NCBI GenBank assembly: GCA_900770055.1
Contig: CAAGJD010000129.1
Location: 10,060 to 74,059 of the forward strand
Length of the DNA: 64,000 nt
Reading direction: 5' to 3'
Source: Acholeplasmatales bacterium
GTDB taxonomy: Bacteria; Bacillota_I; Bacilli_A; Acholeplasmatales; Anaeroplasmataceae
A program made the translations under genes and the position numbers. This document shows, in pieces, positions 39,967-49,223 of the stretch (positions are counted from its first letter, which is position 1; each line of letters begins with the position of its first letter). The notes under the pieces are model-generated. The model did no database searches and had not been told where the DNA came from. It saw nothing but the letters and a program-made list of their open reading frames with translations.

Positions 39967-40746
39967 TTATCTACTTTGTACTACATTACCCATATTTGTC
40001 TCACTTTGCTGCCCTAAAGCTATTTGAGAACTTAAGTCTCCTGTATAAACTGCTTTAGCTAATTCTACTGCTCTTTGTAAGATTTCATGATGTATTTCAT
40101 CATCTAATTCACACTCAGTCTTTTTATATTCACCATCTATAGTGAGATCAGAAGGAAGATCATCTAATATAATAGGATCTGGTCTTTTTAAATATCTTAC
40201 AAAATATTTAGCAGTTTCCATATTATCATTAGGACCTGCAATTATTTCAACATGCCTAAATCTTGATTCAGGGTCTTCATTATTAGTAGTAGTAATTAAT
40301 CTCCAAGCTTGATTCTTAATAGGATATTTATAAGGCTTACTCATTTGTCTTGCATACTCTTCAAAACTAATAGGAATAACAGTTAAGAATATGTCTTTCT
40401 CATCCCTAGTTACCCTTAAAGACTCATTGAGAATCATCATTGCATCTTTAGGAAATGAAAATCTAGTACTTTTATTATTAAAGTGGTTCCCACTAACCTT
40501 ATCTGATGCTAATTTAGTTAATTCTATATAGCAAGTTACCTTTGAAAAATCTATTTGCCTTTTACTACTATCGTCAAACCCTTCATTAAACTTATTACCT
40601 TTAGGACTAAAATAAGACTTAACTATCTCATATTGAGCTTTTGTTAAAAATACAGACTTCTCATATTCATTTAAACCTGGAGCAGCATTACTCATTATAT
40701 TATTATATAATATATCAAATTCATTTGAGAATTCCGTTGTTGTCAT
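39967..40746 (-). CDS. Head-tail ring protein
   Basis: Paralogous to 39239..39964; downstream of the capsid genes. Confidence 0.7.
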   Translation of the reverse strand: MTTTEFSNEFDILYNNIMSNAAPGLNEYEKSVFLTKAQYEIVKSYFSPKGNKFNEGFDDSSKRQIDFSKVTCYIELTKLASDKVSGNHFNNKSTRFSFPKDAMMILNESLRVTRDEKDIFLTVIPISFEEYARQMSKPYKYPIKNQAWRLITTTNNEDPESRFRHVEIIAGPNDNMETAKYFVRYLKRPDPIILDDLPSDLTIDGEYKKTECELDDEIHHEILQRAVELAKAVYTGDLSSQIALGQQSETNMGNVVQSR

Positions 40747-40753
40747 AATATTA

Positions 40754-41785
40754 TTATTTTAGTTTTGCCTCAAGACTAAATTTTAAATCTTGATGTTTTG
40801 GTATATTTAAGTACTTTGCTGCAATATTTAATGTAGGTTCTTCATTAGGCTCACAGAGTGGAGTGTTGTCCTTTCTTAGATATAAATAATTGCCTCTATT
40901 AGAAATTAGACCTGCTTCTATAGCTTTCTTAATAAGAACTTTTGTAGAAAGCATTGGGTCAGTAATAACTTTTAAGAATAATTTACTATCAGTCTGTATT
41001 AGATTATTAACTTTAGTTTGTAAGAACTCAAGTTTAGCAGTTTGTGATGTTGGTCTACCATCAATAGTTTCAATAATAACTCTTAGTATATCAACATCAT
41101 TTTCAATCTTACCAAACTCTTTATAGCACATCATTGTAGTGCTCATATTGCTCTTAGCAACTTTAGTTTCTTCCCCTTCAGAAACAATAACAAATTGATA
41201 AGTAGCTTTAGGGACATCTTGAAGTGCTTGCAATGATGGTGCAATATAATCCTTATTAGCTAATAGTATCTTATATCTAATATAATCTTCTGGATCAGAT
41301 AGATTGAAATAGTTATCTTGCTTTGTCAATCTTACCTTATTAATACCATTCTCATTGGAATCATCCCAAAAGTTATCTACTTTCTTATAAATACTTAAAG
41401 CATTATATTCAAGTCCCATTATTTCTTCAAGAAAAGCTTTCTCTCTGTCTGTAAGAACATTAACAAACATGCCTGAAGATAATCTTGGTACTACAAAAGT
41501 TCTAACTGCACCTTCTGCCATACCTCCTGCTAATACATGTTTAGGATTATTACCCCATATACCTGATAGTTTAGGCACATACTTTACAATAATTCTCTCA
41601 TTTCTTAAACAGCTAATTAAAGTAGAATTATTTATTTCTATATTCTTTTGTGCCTTTTTTACAATAACATCTTCTTTTGGAATTTCTTGTAAAGGTATTT
41701 CCATATTATCTATATCAATATTAGGCATAGTATAACCTACCTTTTCTTCCATTTTTTCTTCTCTTCCATTTTTCTTTTCTGCCAT
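40754..41785 (-). CDS. Conserved crAss-like protein downstream of the major capsid gene, function unknown
   Basis: 343-aa ORF with L.DP.DYI.YKILLAN. Confidence 0.65.
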   Translation of the reverse strand: MAEKKNGREEKMEEKVGYTMPNIDIDNMEIPLQEIPKEDVIVKKAQKNIEINNSTLISCLRNERIIVKYVPKLSGIWGNNPKHVLAGGMAEGAVRTFVVPRLSSGMFVNVLTDREKAFLEEIMGLEYNALSIYKKVDNFWDDSNENGINKVRLTKQDNYFNLSDPEDYIRYKILLANKDYIAPSLQALQDVPKATYQFVIVSEGEETKVAKSNMSTTMMCYKEFGKIENDVDILRVIIETIDGRPTSQTAKLEFLQTKVNNLIQTDSKLFLKVITDPMLSTKVLIKKAIEAGLISNRGNYLYLRKDNTPLCEPNEEPTLNIAAKYLNIPKHQDLKFSLEAKLK

Positions 41786-41810
41786 ATCTTCTCCTTTAAT
41801 TTTTTATTTT

Positions 41811-41850
41811 AAATAAAATAGGGAAAGGAAGATTTTCTTTCCTTCCCCTT
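41811..41850 (-). terminator. Intrinsic terminator after the major capsid gene
   Basis: GGGAAGGAAAGA/TCTTCCTTTCCC stem with a T-rich tail on the - strand. Confidence 0.75.
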
Positions 41851-41855
41851 TATTT

Positions 41856-44800
41856 TTAGCCCTGTAAAATTGCAGGAATTAGTGACATAGTTCTAGTTGG
41901 GTCAAGAACACAAATTCCAAGTGTAGCTAATCTATGAATAACTGCACTGTCTTCATCAAATGACATATTTGGATTGCCCTTTTGTCCTGTAAACGGATTT
42001 CTCAATCCCCATTGATAGCCTCTATACTCATTGTCGCCTTTAATCTTACATTTAAAGATATTAGGTTGGTCCATAGTACCAATGTACATAATATCATATC
42101 TGTAAGAGAATGCAACACCGCCATTTGGGTGAAGTATCTTATTTCTTACTGGGTCATCATAGACATTTTGTTATCGCATAGCTTTTTATCTATGCTTCTT
42201 ACAATTTATTATCTTGTAAGTTCAGCGTACATCATCATCCTTATTAGGATGTAGGACACTCTTGGGAATATTTTATTCTTATTACTAAGTTTCAATTCCT
42301 ACGCGTTACACTGACTCAAGTACTTTAACTCTTGAGTTTAGCACGGTGTTATCCACATTAAGAGAAATTATTTTATTATAAAGTAAGCTGCCTATTTCTA
42401 TAATACCTCTATTAAATTCAGCTTTAGGAAAATCTAAATTTAGATGTTTCCAAGTTTTCTTCTGAATTATATTTCTTATAGTTATATGCCCTACTTTATA
42501 GAGAGATGCAATTAATTTGATACTAAAGCCGTATTTAAGAAGAATAGGTATTAATCTAACATGGTCTAGAGTTAGAGGAGAAAGCTCTTCCCTATGCTTA
42601 TATGAATATATTGAGGCGTGCTTCATATTATCATGTTTACTTACCCACTCAAGATTCGTAACTTTATTATTGTACTTATTGCAATCTTTGTGATTTACTT
42701 CAGGTAATTTGTAAGGATTAGGAAGAAAAGCTTTAGCAACTAATATATGTGTCTTGATTGTTTTTCTTCCATGTATTCCTCTTAAAGTTACTTGCAAATA
42801 TCCAGAATTGTCATCATGTTGATGAATAAATTTCTTATAATAATCACTATATATCTTACCTGTATTATAAATCCTATACATAGGATATTCTCTTAATTTT
42901 CTATAATCTTCTATCATAGTTTACCTATTAAAACATTATATTAAAAGGACTTCACCGTTTTTGTCCTATTTTTCAAAATACATTACTGTATTAAGCCGCT
43001 CTATGAAAATTTAACGGGTCTACATCAATCTTAACTCTAACACCATTAGGAGCTTTATACTCAACAAATTGGAAACCAGCACTTAGTGAGTTTTGATGTA
43101 ATTTAGATTGAGTTTTTTGAACAGCACTAATAGAACTATTATCAAGAACAAATTGTGTCCAGCCTGATACTGTCTTTAGTACTTCCTTATGGAACTGAAT
43201 AGCACCTCTTTCACCAGTCTTAATTAAGAAATATCTTTCTCCAAAGTCCAGTTTAGAAGCAGAAAGCTCATATAGAGCATCTTCAAGGAGCTTCAAGCTA
43301 AATGTGTTGTAATACATAGTATTAGCAACTTCCATTTGCTCAAACATACCTGCCCCTGTCTTAATAGCATTACCAGACTTACCAAAGTTCATATATTCAC
43401 CATTAGCATTTCTGTTGCTTCTACCAAATGCTAGAGCATTGTTCTTATACTCAGAGAATTGACACTCAACTTCCCAGTCTACATTATGCATCCATGTTGT
43501 AGCAACTGATTTAGTATATCTACCTTCAGTCTCCTTAACAATAGGAATACCTACAGCCAGCTTTTTATTTAACATAGAACCTGGAACTTTGTGTTGAATT
43601 CTCACAGTACTCCACTCGTTTCTCATAGAAACAGGACTTGAGAATCTAACATCACCTACAGCTCTACTCAGTTCCTTCTCTACGAATGCAGCTTCTATAC
43701 TAAATCTTTCTCCAGCAAGGAGTCTTTCTGCAGGAACTCCTTGTGTATTTGCACCCATTAATTCACATTTATATACTGCATTACTTCCCTCCATTCTAGG
43801 ATTTCCTAAGATTCTAAATTGATAGATTTCATTAAGATTTCCTACGATTATTTCACCATCAGCAAACCAATCCTCAGGGAATACCAAATAGAAAGGAGCA
43901 GTGCCTACTCCAACCATACCACTGTCAGCTGTAACAACAGTACCATTTTCATCTCTTGCTTCTATAAGAGGAATGTTTCTTCTTGAAGAACCTATAACAT
44001 CCCAATAATACTCAGCATCATCCTCAAATTCCTTACATTGTGTTAATCTACTAATATACTTATTAGTAACTCCCTATATCTCTATAGGGTTCAGACTATA
44101 CCATCACCATTAAAGGTGGACATATTATAGTCGTTGAACCTCCTCATTAATTTATGAGTTTGGCTGCTGATTATCTAATTCTTTCTTTATTTCTAAAAGT
44201 AAATGATTAACCTCTTTAGAATATACAATACCTCTAACAATTTTAGAGATATAGCCATTTGTTACTCCTGTAATTCTTTCTACTTCTAAAATACTTTTTT
44301 TATATACATAATAATACTTTAAAATATCTTTTATTATAGAAATATTCAGTTTCTTTCTTTTTGGCTTTTTATACTCTGAAGGCTTACCATAATATTCTGT
44401 ATAAGTAGAAGACCATCTAACTCCTCTGATTATTTCTCCTATAAGTGCATCAGAAACATTATATTTCTTAGCTAAAATGCTTTTATTTTTACAAGTTTCC
44501 CAGTCCTTATATATTTGAATAACTTGTTGTTTGGTTAATTTGGCTCTTGGACTATCTTCTTCTACTTTATATAAATTTGTTTCTTTAGCATGTCTATGAT
44601 TATATTCTGCTGTACACCATTCTAAATTATATATGCTATTATTAGATTTATTACCATCTTTATGGTTTACTTCTGGTAAATTGTAAGGATTAGGAATGAA
44701 TTGAATAGCTACTATCCTATGAACTTGTAAATTAATAAATTTACCAAGTCTCCTATCCATTAATTTTACTTTGCAATAGCCATGACAGCTTTTATCAAAT

Positions 44801-45194
44801 TTTAATTCTTTATTAGTTAAAGTAGAGAAGATTTTACCACTTTTTGTAATATAGTAATCTTCATATCCTTTAATTTTATAATATTTATCCATAGTTATAT
44901 AAATTAAACTGAAATAAATACATTTACTTTTAGCAAGAAAGACTCTAAAGAACTTCCAGCAATTTAATGTCTTTTCATTAATAGATTTCTCTATTAAGCC
45001 GCTAAGGTATTAACGGGGAATTGATTTAGGAATGTGTCAAGTGTCTTTCCTCTGTAATAAGCCAATAATTGCACCATTAAATTTGTAGCCTTCTGTGGAG
45101 CTAACTGAAAGATAGAACCAAGATGGTTCTCTTTTGTTAGACCGCGCCAATGATTGAAGCCTACCATTTGAAACTTACCTAATTTTCCTGCCAT
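41856..45194 (-). CDS. Major capsid protein, spliced: join(45194..45013, 44035..43014, 42163..41856) = 1512 nt, 503 aa
   Basis: The exons join in frame, giving ...FLNQFP-V-KEFEDD... and ...KIDVDP-F-YDDPVRN...; located between the scaffold-like gene and the ring genes. Confidence 0.9.
42164..43013 (-). mobile_element. Group I intron 2 in the major capsid gene (850 nt)
   Basis: The exon ends in U (CCGU pairs with GCGG, P1 U-G); terminal G; P10 UCAUAGA pairs with exon UCUAUGA; P3 UAGGACA/UGUCCUA; P4 CGGUG/CACCG; P7 GCGUA/UACGC. Confidence 0.9.
42306..42917 (-). CDS. Intron-encoded HNH homing endonuclease (I-HmuI-like)
   Basis: HILVAKAFLPNP...EVNHKDCNKYNNKVTNLEWV. Confidence 0.9.
   Translation of the reverse strand: MIEDYRKLREYPMYRIYNTGKIYSDYYKKFIHQHDDNSGYLQVTLRGIHGRKTIKTHILVAKAFLPNPYKLPEVNHKDCNKYNNKVTNLEWVSKHDNMKHASIYSYKHREELSPLTLDHVRLIPILLKYGFSIKLIASLYKVGHITIRNIIQKKTWKHLNLDFPKAEFNRGIIEIGSLLYNKIISLNVDNTVLNSRVKVLESV
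44036..45012 (-). mobile_element. Group I intron 1 in the major capsid gene (977 nt)
   Basis: P1 CCGU/GCGG; P10 CCUUA pairs with exon UAAGG; terminal G; P AAUUGCUGGAA, Q AAUCAGCAGC, R GUUCAACGACUA, S GGUAUAGUC; P3 GACAU/AUGUC. Confidence 0.9.
44152..44892 (-). CDS. Intron-encoded HNH homing endonuclease with C-terminal HTH repeats
   Basis: VHRIVAIQFIPNP...EVNHKDGNKSNN..YNLEWCT; LAKKYNVS...I..I..G..W. Confidence 0.9.
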   Translation of the reverse strand: MDKYYKIKGYEDYYITKSGKIFSTLTNKELKFDKSCHGYCKVKLMDRRLGKFINLQVHRIVAIQFIPNPYNLPEVNHKDGNKSNNSIYNLEWCTAEYNHRHAKETNLYKVEEDSPRAKLTKQQVIQIYKDWETCKNKSILAKKYNVSDALIGEIIRGVRWSSTYTEYYGKPSEYKKPKRKKLNISIIKDILKYYYVYKKSILEVERITGVTNGYISKIVRGIVYSKEVNHLLLEIKKELDNQQPNS

Positions 45195-45234
45195 TGTAAT
45201 TATAAATTAAAAAACTAATTCTATTACTTTGATC

Positions 45235-46410
45235 TTAGACATCTAAGTCCCAACCCTTTCCTATAAAGGATTCAGGATCCTCATCTACTCCACTTACAAA
45301 CTTTAAATTTCCATCTGAAGTTCTTGTAGTATTATTTAGGGTATGTTCCAGTTCTCTAAGACCTTTTTTTACTTCTTTTCTTACTTTACCTTTTATTAAA
45401 CCCTCAAGATTTTTAAAGCCATTAGTTAATGTAAAAAGTATCCCAATATTTTTCAGGAAGTCTGTTTTATGCTCCATTTCATATTTTTGAAGTGCTGTAA
45501 AGTACTCTCCTGTTTTTGGGTCTTTATATACAGGTCTAGCTATATTATCAAAAATCTTTTGTCTTGTTGATTTATCAATAGCTAAATCCCCAAATATATC
45601 CTTATCATTAAGGATTGATGATTTGAGCTTTTCTGCTTGCTCTTTTCTTTCTTGCTCTTCCTGTTCAGCCTCTACCTTTGCCTCATTGATAAGTTCTTTA
45701 TATTTATCATTGAAAAAGTCTATATTACTTTTTAAAGCCTCTTTTGCATCATCAATATCAGTTCCAGCATTAAAAGACTTTTGTACTTCTCTTGTTGCTC
45801 TTTCTTTACTGTAACCTCTATTAATAAAGTCTTGATAAATTAAGTCTTTTCTAAGTTTTTCTCCTTTATCACCCTCATCAGAGATATTTTCTTCATTAAT
45901 AGAATCAAGAAAATTAATAGTATTTTCATACTTTCTAATCTCTGTAGGCTCAACTCCAACATTAAGAGCTTCATCAATTCTCTTTTGCCTTTCATCAAGG
46001 CTAGCTTTAATTTGTTGCTCAACTAAATCTCTGAAATCTTCAGGTTCTTTAATCTTATCAAAGCTATCATTTTCAAGGTCTGGGAAGATACCTTCCTCTT
46101 TCAAGGCTTTGGCAATGGAAGAGTAGAAGTTATTGGGAGAAGTGCCGTCCTCTTTAGAAGTAGTACCTTCCTTTTCCTTTGTAATTTCTTTTCCACTACC
46201 TACGCTCTCTGGAGTATCAGTAAATAGAGTATCTACATCAACATCCTCAATAGTTTCTTCTTTATTATTATTATTTTGATTGTCTTTATTATCAGAGAGA
46301 TTCTCTTCATTATTATCAGAAGTAGCTCCCTGTGTTTCATTATCATCTACAAACAGATTTTCTATTTCCTCTGTTTCTAGGATATTATCTAAACTAAGTT
46401 CTTCTTCCAT
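45235..46410 (-). CDS. Acidic putative capsid scaffold protein
   Basis: Highly acidic coiled-coil protein directly upstream of the capsid gene. Confidence 0.6.
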   Translation of the reverse strand: MEEELSLDNILETEEIENLFVDDNETQGATSDNNEENLSDNKDNQNNNNKEETIEDVDVDTLFTDTPESVGSGKEITKEKEGTTSKEDGTSPNNFYSSIAKALKEEGIFPDLENDSFDKIKEPEDFRDLVEQQIKASLDERQKRIDEALNVGVEPTEIRKYENTINFLDSINEENISDEGDKGEKLRKDLIYQDFINRGYSKERATREVQKSFNAGTDIDDAKEALKSNIDFFNDKYKELINEAKVEAEQEEQERKEQAEKLKSSILNDKDIFGDLAIDKSTRQKIFDNIARPVYKDPKTGEYFTALQKYEMEHKTDFLKNIGILFTLTNGFKNLEGLIKGKVRKEVKKGLRELEHTLNNTTRTSDGNLKFVSGVDEDPESFIGKGWDLDV

Positions 46411-46441
46411 ATTCTTCTACCTTTACTCTTAAAAAACAGTA

Positions 46442-46472
46442 CAAAGGTAAATAAAGTTCTATATATTTACAA
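46442..46472 (-). promoter_or_regulatory. Bacteroidota-type promoter for the capsid operon
   Basis: TTG-N20-TACCTTTG on the - strand. Confidence 0.8.
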
Positions 46473-46523
46473 TATATTAACTAAATAATTTATTGTATAT
46501 AAACAAAATCATTTAAATAAGAA

Positions 46524-46556
46524 CAAAAATAAAGGGTAAGAATTAATCTTACCCTT
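46524..46556 (-). terminator. Intrinsic terminator ending the four-gene cassette
   Basis: AAGGGTAAGA/TCTTACCCTT stem with a T-tail on the - strand. Confidence 0.85.
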
Positions 46557-46561
46557 AACTA

Positions 46562-47041
46562 TTAGTGTTCATTCATGTACTTAAACCATTTATATTTATC
46601 AACCTGATCATCATCTTTAAACCAATATACTATTGCAGACTCTACAATCTTCTGTTCTATATTATCACCAAACCAGGCTTTAAATAATGAAACATAATTA
46701 TGATATTGAGAATTTATTGCAATATAAACATCACAAGTAGTTACTGATATTGGCAATATACCTCTATATCTTTCACACACTTCTTTTGCTTTATATATAT
46801 CAAATTTCTCTCCTACATACTTTCGTCCATTTTCAAGATGGTACATCTTTGATACTAATTCTTTTGCTTCAGTCTCACTTACATGACCATTATTAGTATG
46901 ACTTATAGAATCTGTAGATTTTGATAAGTATACAGGATCTTCCATTATACTGGCAGATGTCAATTCATGAAACTCATGTATATCCATATCAGAGATTATA
47001 CCTTTCTTTCTAAGGAATTGTAATAATAATACATCTTCCAT
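46562..47041 (-). CDS. Hypothetical protein, cassette gene 4 (D.Y.AIN..YH.Y...A..YWF.D.D)
   Basis: ORF in the cassette. Confidence 0.75.
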   Translation of the reverse strand: MEDVLLLQFLRKKGIISDMDIHEFHELTSASIMEDPVYLSKSTDSISHTNNGHVSETEAKELVSKMYHLENGRKYVGEKFDIYKAKEVCERYRGILPISVTTCDVYIAINSQYHNYVSLFKAWFGDNIEQKIVESAIVYWFKDDDQVDKYKWFKYMNEH

Positions 47042-47045
47042 ATTT

Positions 47046-47426
47046 TTAGTTTTTAGTGATTAGTGTTTCTTTAAAAGCTTCTAAATCTGTCATATCTAAC
47101 ACCAGTTTTTTATTTGTAAATGGTAAATTAAGTTTAATCTGCCCTCCACCAATTTCTATATCACCTATAAAAGAAGTCTTGAAAGTAAATGGATTTGTAG
47201 TCATAACATTTTCTATCATTTCAGCTAATATATTTTCAATATCTATTTTACCCTCATTATTGGCTATTAAATCCAAAATCTTTGTAATTTTATTAAAGTT
47301 TTTATCCAATGCTCTAGTTATAAGAGGTTTCATAAAACCTATCATAGGAGTATTTTTAGACATTGTATCAAGCTGTGAAGTTATATAGGCTCTCAGATTA
47401 TCTGTCAGTTGCATTATAGTCACCAT
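47046..47426 (-). CDS. Hypothetical protein, cassette gene 3
   Basis: ORF in the cassette. Confidence 0.75.
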   Translation of the reverse strand: MVTIMQLTDNLRAYITSQLDTMSKNTPMIGFMKPLITRALDKNFNKITKILDLIANNEGKIDIENILAEMIENVMTTNPFTFKTSFIGDIEIGGGQIKLNLPFTNKKLVLDMTDLEAFKETLITKN

Positions 47427-47427
47427 A

Positions 47428-47910
47428 TTATATATTCTCCTTTATAAATTCTTCATAAGAAGTACTAGGATGCTCTTTACTATATTCCTTAAACTTCTTA
47501 AATAATTCCATTTCCCTATTAGTATCTTCAATTATTTTAGCCTTTAATTTCTTAACTACTTTTAACTGCTTAGATAATAATTCTTTACCCCTTTCAGTAC
47601 TTTCAATTTTACCTTTAACAAGATTAAGAAGTTCTAATTGTACTATGGACTGTAATTCATTATATATATCTACATAATCAGCATCTTGTAAAAGTCTATT
47701 CTTTTGTTCAGTACTCATAGGAGTAATCTCCGCATCTATTTTATCCCATATTAATTGCTTTTGTTGGGTAGATTGTGATTGCTGCTGAGATTCTTTTATC
47801 TGCTTTAGCTTTTGCCTATATGCTTCCATTTTTTGAATTTGTACATCTATGTCATCTAAATTATTAAACATAGATTCTCCACCTAATATGACTTGATTTA
47901 CTGGATACAT
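47428..47910 (-). CDS. Q-rich coiled-coil hypothetical protein, cassette gene 2
   Basis: ORF in the cassette. Confidence 0.75.
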   Translation of the reverse strand: MYPVNQVILGGESMFNNLDDIDVQIQKMEAYRQKLKQIKESQQQSQSTQQKQLIWDKIDAEITPMSTEQKNRLLQDADYVDIYNELQSIVQLELLNLVKGKIESTERGKELLSKQLKVVKKLKAKIIEDTNREMELFKKFKEYSKEHPSTSYEEFIKENI

Positions 47911-47940
47911 AGATTTTACTTTTTGTATGTTAGATATTAA

Positions 47941-47966
47941 GTATGTCCTAAATTAATAGGACATAC
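47941..47966. promoter_or_regulatory. Intergenic hairpin after cassette gene 1 (mRNA-stabilising or leaky terminator)
   Basis: Perfect 10-bp stem GTATGTCCTA/TAGGACATAC without a strong U-tail on the - strand. Confidence 0.65.
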
Positions 47967-47974
47967 CTTAAAAA

Positions 47975-48763
47975 TTAGATAATTCTACCACAAGGAGAGC
48001 AACACCCACATAAAGGATTATATGTAGACTCTGTGTGAGTAGTTGTGCCTACAGTAGGTTCTGCTATAGTCTGAGGAACAAATGTACTATTTACATAGTT
48101 TACAATTTTGTTATCAGCACAGCATCTTCTCTCTGCTTCAAGGTTAATTCCAGCAGTTGCAGAAGCAGCAACACTATTTATTCTCATATCAAGTACCTTA
48201 GCTCTCCATGGTTCAACAGCATCAGCTACAGCCTGCTTAGTCTCTAAAGCACCTATTCTTGCAGAAAGTGTATCAAAGTTATCTCTTTGGTTCTTGTAAA
48301 GAGCAAAAGAATCATCAGTAATTCTTTTGTTTACAATATCAAAGCTATCTCTTGTAGATTTATAAAGACCAAAATCTGCATTTACTTGGCTCTTCCAGAC
48401 ACTAAATAATTCACCATTTAAAGTCTGTCTATCATTGAATCTGTTATACTGGTTATTAAGAGCAAGATTATACATATCAGCTTGTTGCTTCAAGTTATCT
48501 TCACACTCTTTCTCCCACACACTAAATGCAGTTGGGGCAGCACCATTAGTACCATTAACATCAGCATTTATATTTACATTCTGAGGCATACCATTATATC
48601 CACAGCTGTTACCAAAGAGTCCAAAACCTCCTCTATTGAGTGCTAATAGACCAAGTGCAGTACCAGCAATTCCTAATCCAAGCCCTGTACCAGCTACACC
48701 CTTTGAAGCATATTCCTTAGTAGGCTCTTTTTCAACTTCTTTTACCTTTTCAATAATTTCCAT
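47975..48763 (-). CDS. Glycine-zipper, coiled-coil, Cys-rich protein, cassette gene 1
   Basis: ASKGVAGTGLGLGIAGTALGLL; RRCC; C-terminal LCGCCSPCG. Confidence 0.8.
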   Translation of the reverse strand: MEIIEKVKEVEKEPTKEYASKGVAGTGLGLGIAGTALGLLALNRGGFGLFGNSCGYNGMPQNVNINADVNGTNGAAPTAFSVWEKECEDNLKQQADMYNLALNNQYNRFNDRQTLNGELFSVWKSQVNADFGLYKSTRDSFDIVNKRITDDSFALYKNQRDNFDTLSARIGALETKQAVADAVEPWRAKVLDMRINSVAASATAGINLEAERRCCADNKIVNYVNSTFVPQTIAEPTVGTTTHTESTYNPLCGCCSPCGRII

Positions 48764-48822
48764 AACAAGTAATTTTTGAAAAATTAAATTTAATTATTTA
48801 TCTCTTTTGTAAGCTTACAACG

Positions 48823-48857
48823 CAAATATATGCCAAATTATTTATGATACCTATCAT
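48823..48857 (-). promoter_or_regulatory. Promoter with an intact -7 box (TATATTTG), a non-consensus -33 (TAG) and a palindrome ATGATA-CC-TATCAT (48844-48857)
   Basis: Seen directly; the palindrome overlaps the position occupied by TTG in the five other promoters. Confidence 0.65.
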
Positions 48858-48867
48858 TACTCATATA

Positions 48868-48906
48868 ACAAAAAACCCTGACTATCTATATGATAATCAG
48901 GGTTTT
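48868..48906 (-). terminator. Intrinsic terminator after the HTH gene
   Basis: AAAACCCTGA...TCAGGGTTTT stem with a T-tail on the - strand. Confidence 0.8.
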
Positions 48907-48920
48907 ATATACTATATAAT

Positions 48921-49223
48921 TTATAACTCATTACTCATTTTCTTTATATATTCATCTAAGTCTTTCTTATACCATCGAAGTTCCTTAAATCCTATTTCAT
49001 GTTTTCCTTTAGGTAATTTACCTTCAGCTACATATCTATCAAAAGTAGCTCTACTTATATTAAGATACTCACAGGCTGCATATTTACTTATGCCTTTATC
49101 TTTTCTTGTATATTCAGATAATGCCTTAACTATTTCAATAGCATCATTTTCTGATATATTTGAATTACCTGCATCAATATCATCTATTATCTTTATTAGT
49201 AGATTTCTTATAACTTCTAACAT
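48921..49223 (-). CDS. MerR/excisionase-like (HTH_17-type) DNA-binding protein
   Basis: ISKYAACEYLNISRATFDRYVAEGKLPKG...LRWYKKDL. Confidence 0.8.
   Translation of the reverse strand: MLEVIRNLLIKIIDDIDAGNSNISENDAIEIVKALSEYTRKDKGISKYAACEYLNISRATFDRYVAEGKLPKGKHEIGFKELRWYKKDLDEYIKKMSNEL

Noticed and set aside
41856..45194. MCP fragments interpreted as a pseudogene or as intein-containing
   Set aside because: The inserts have in-frame stops, lack intein termini and show group I P1/P10/P7 pairings that restore the frame exactly
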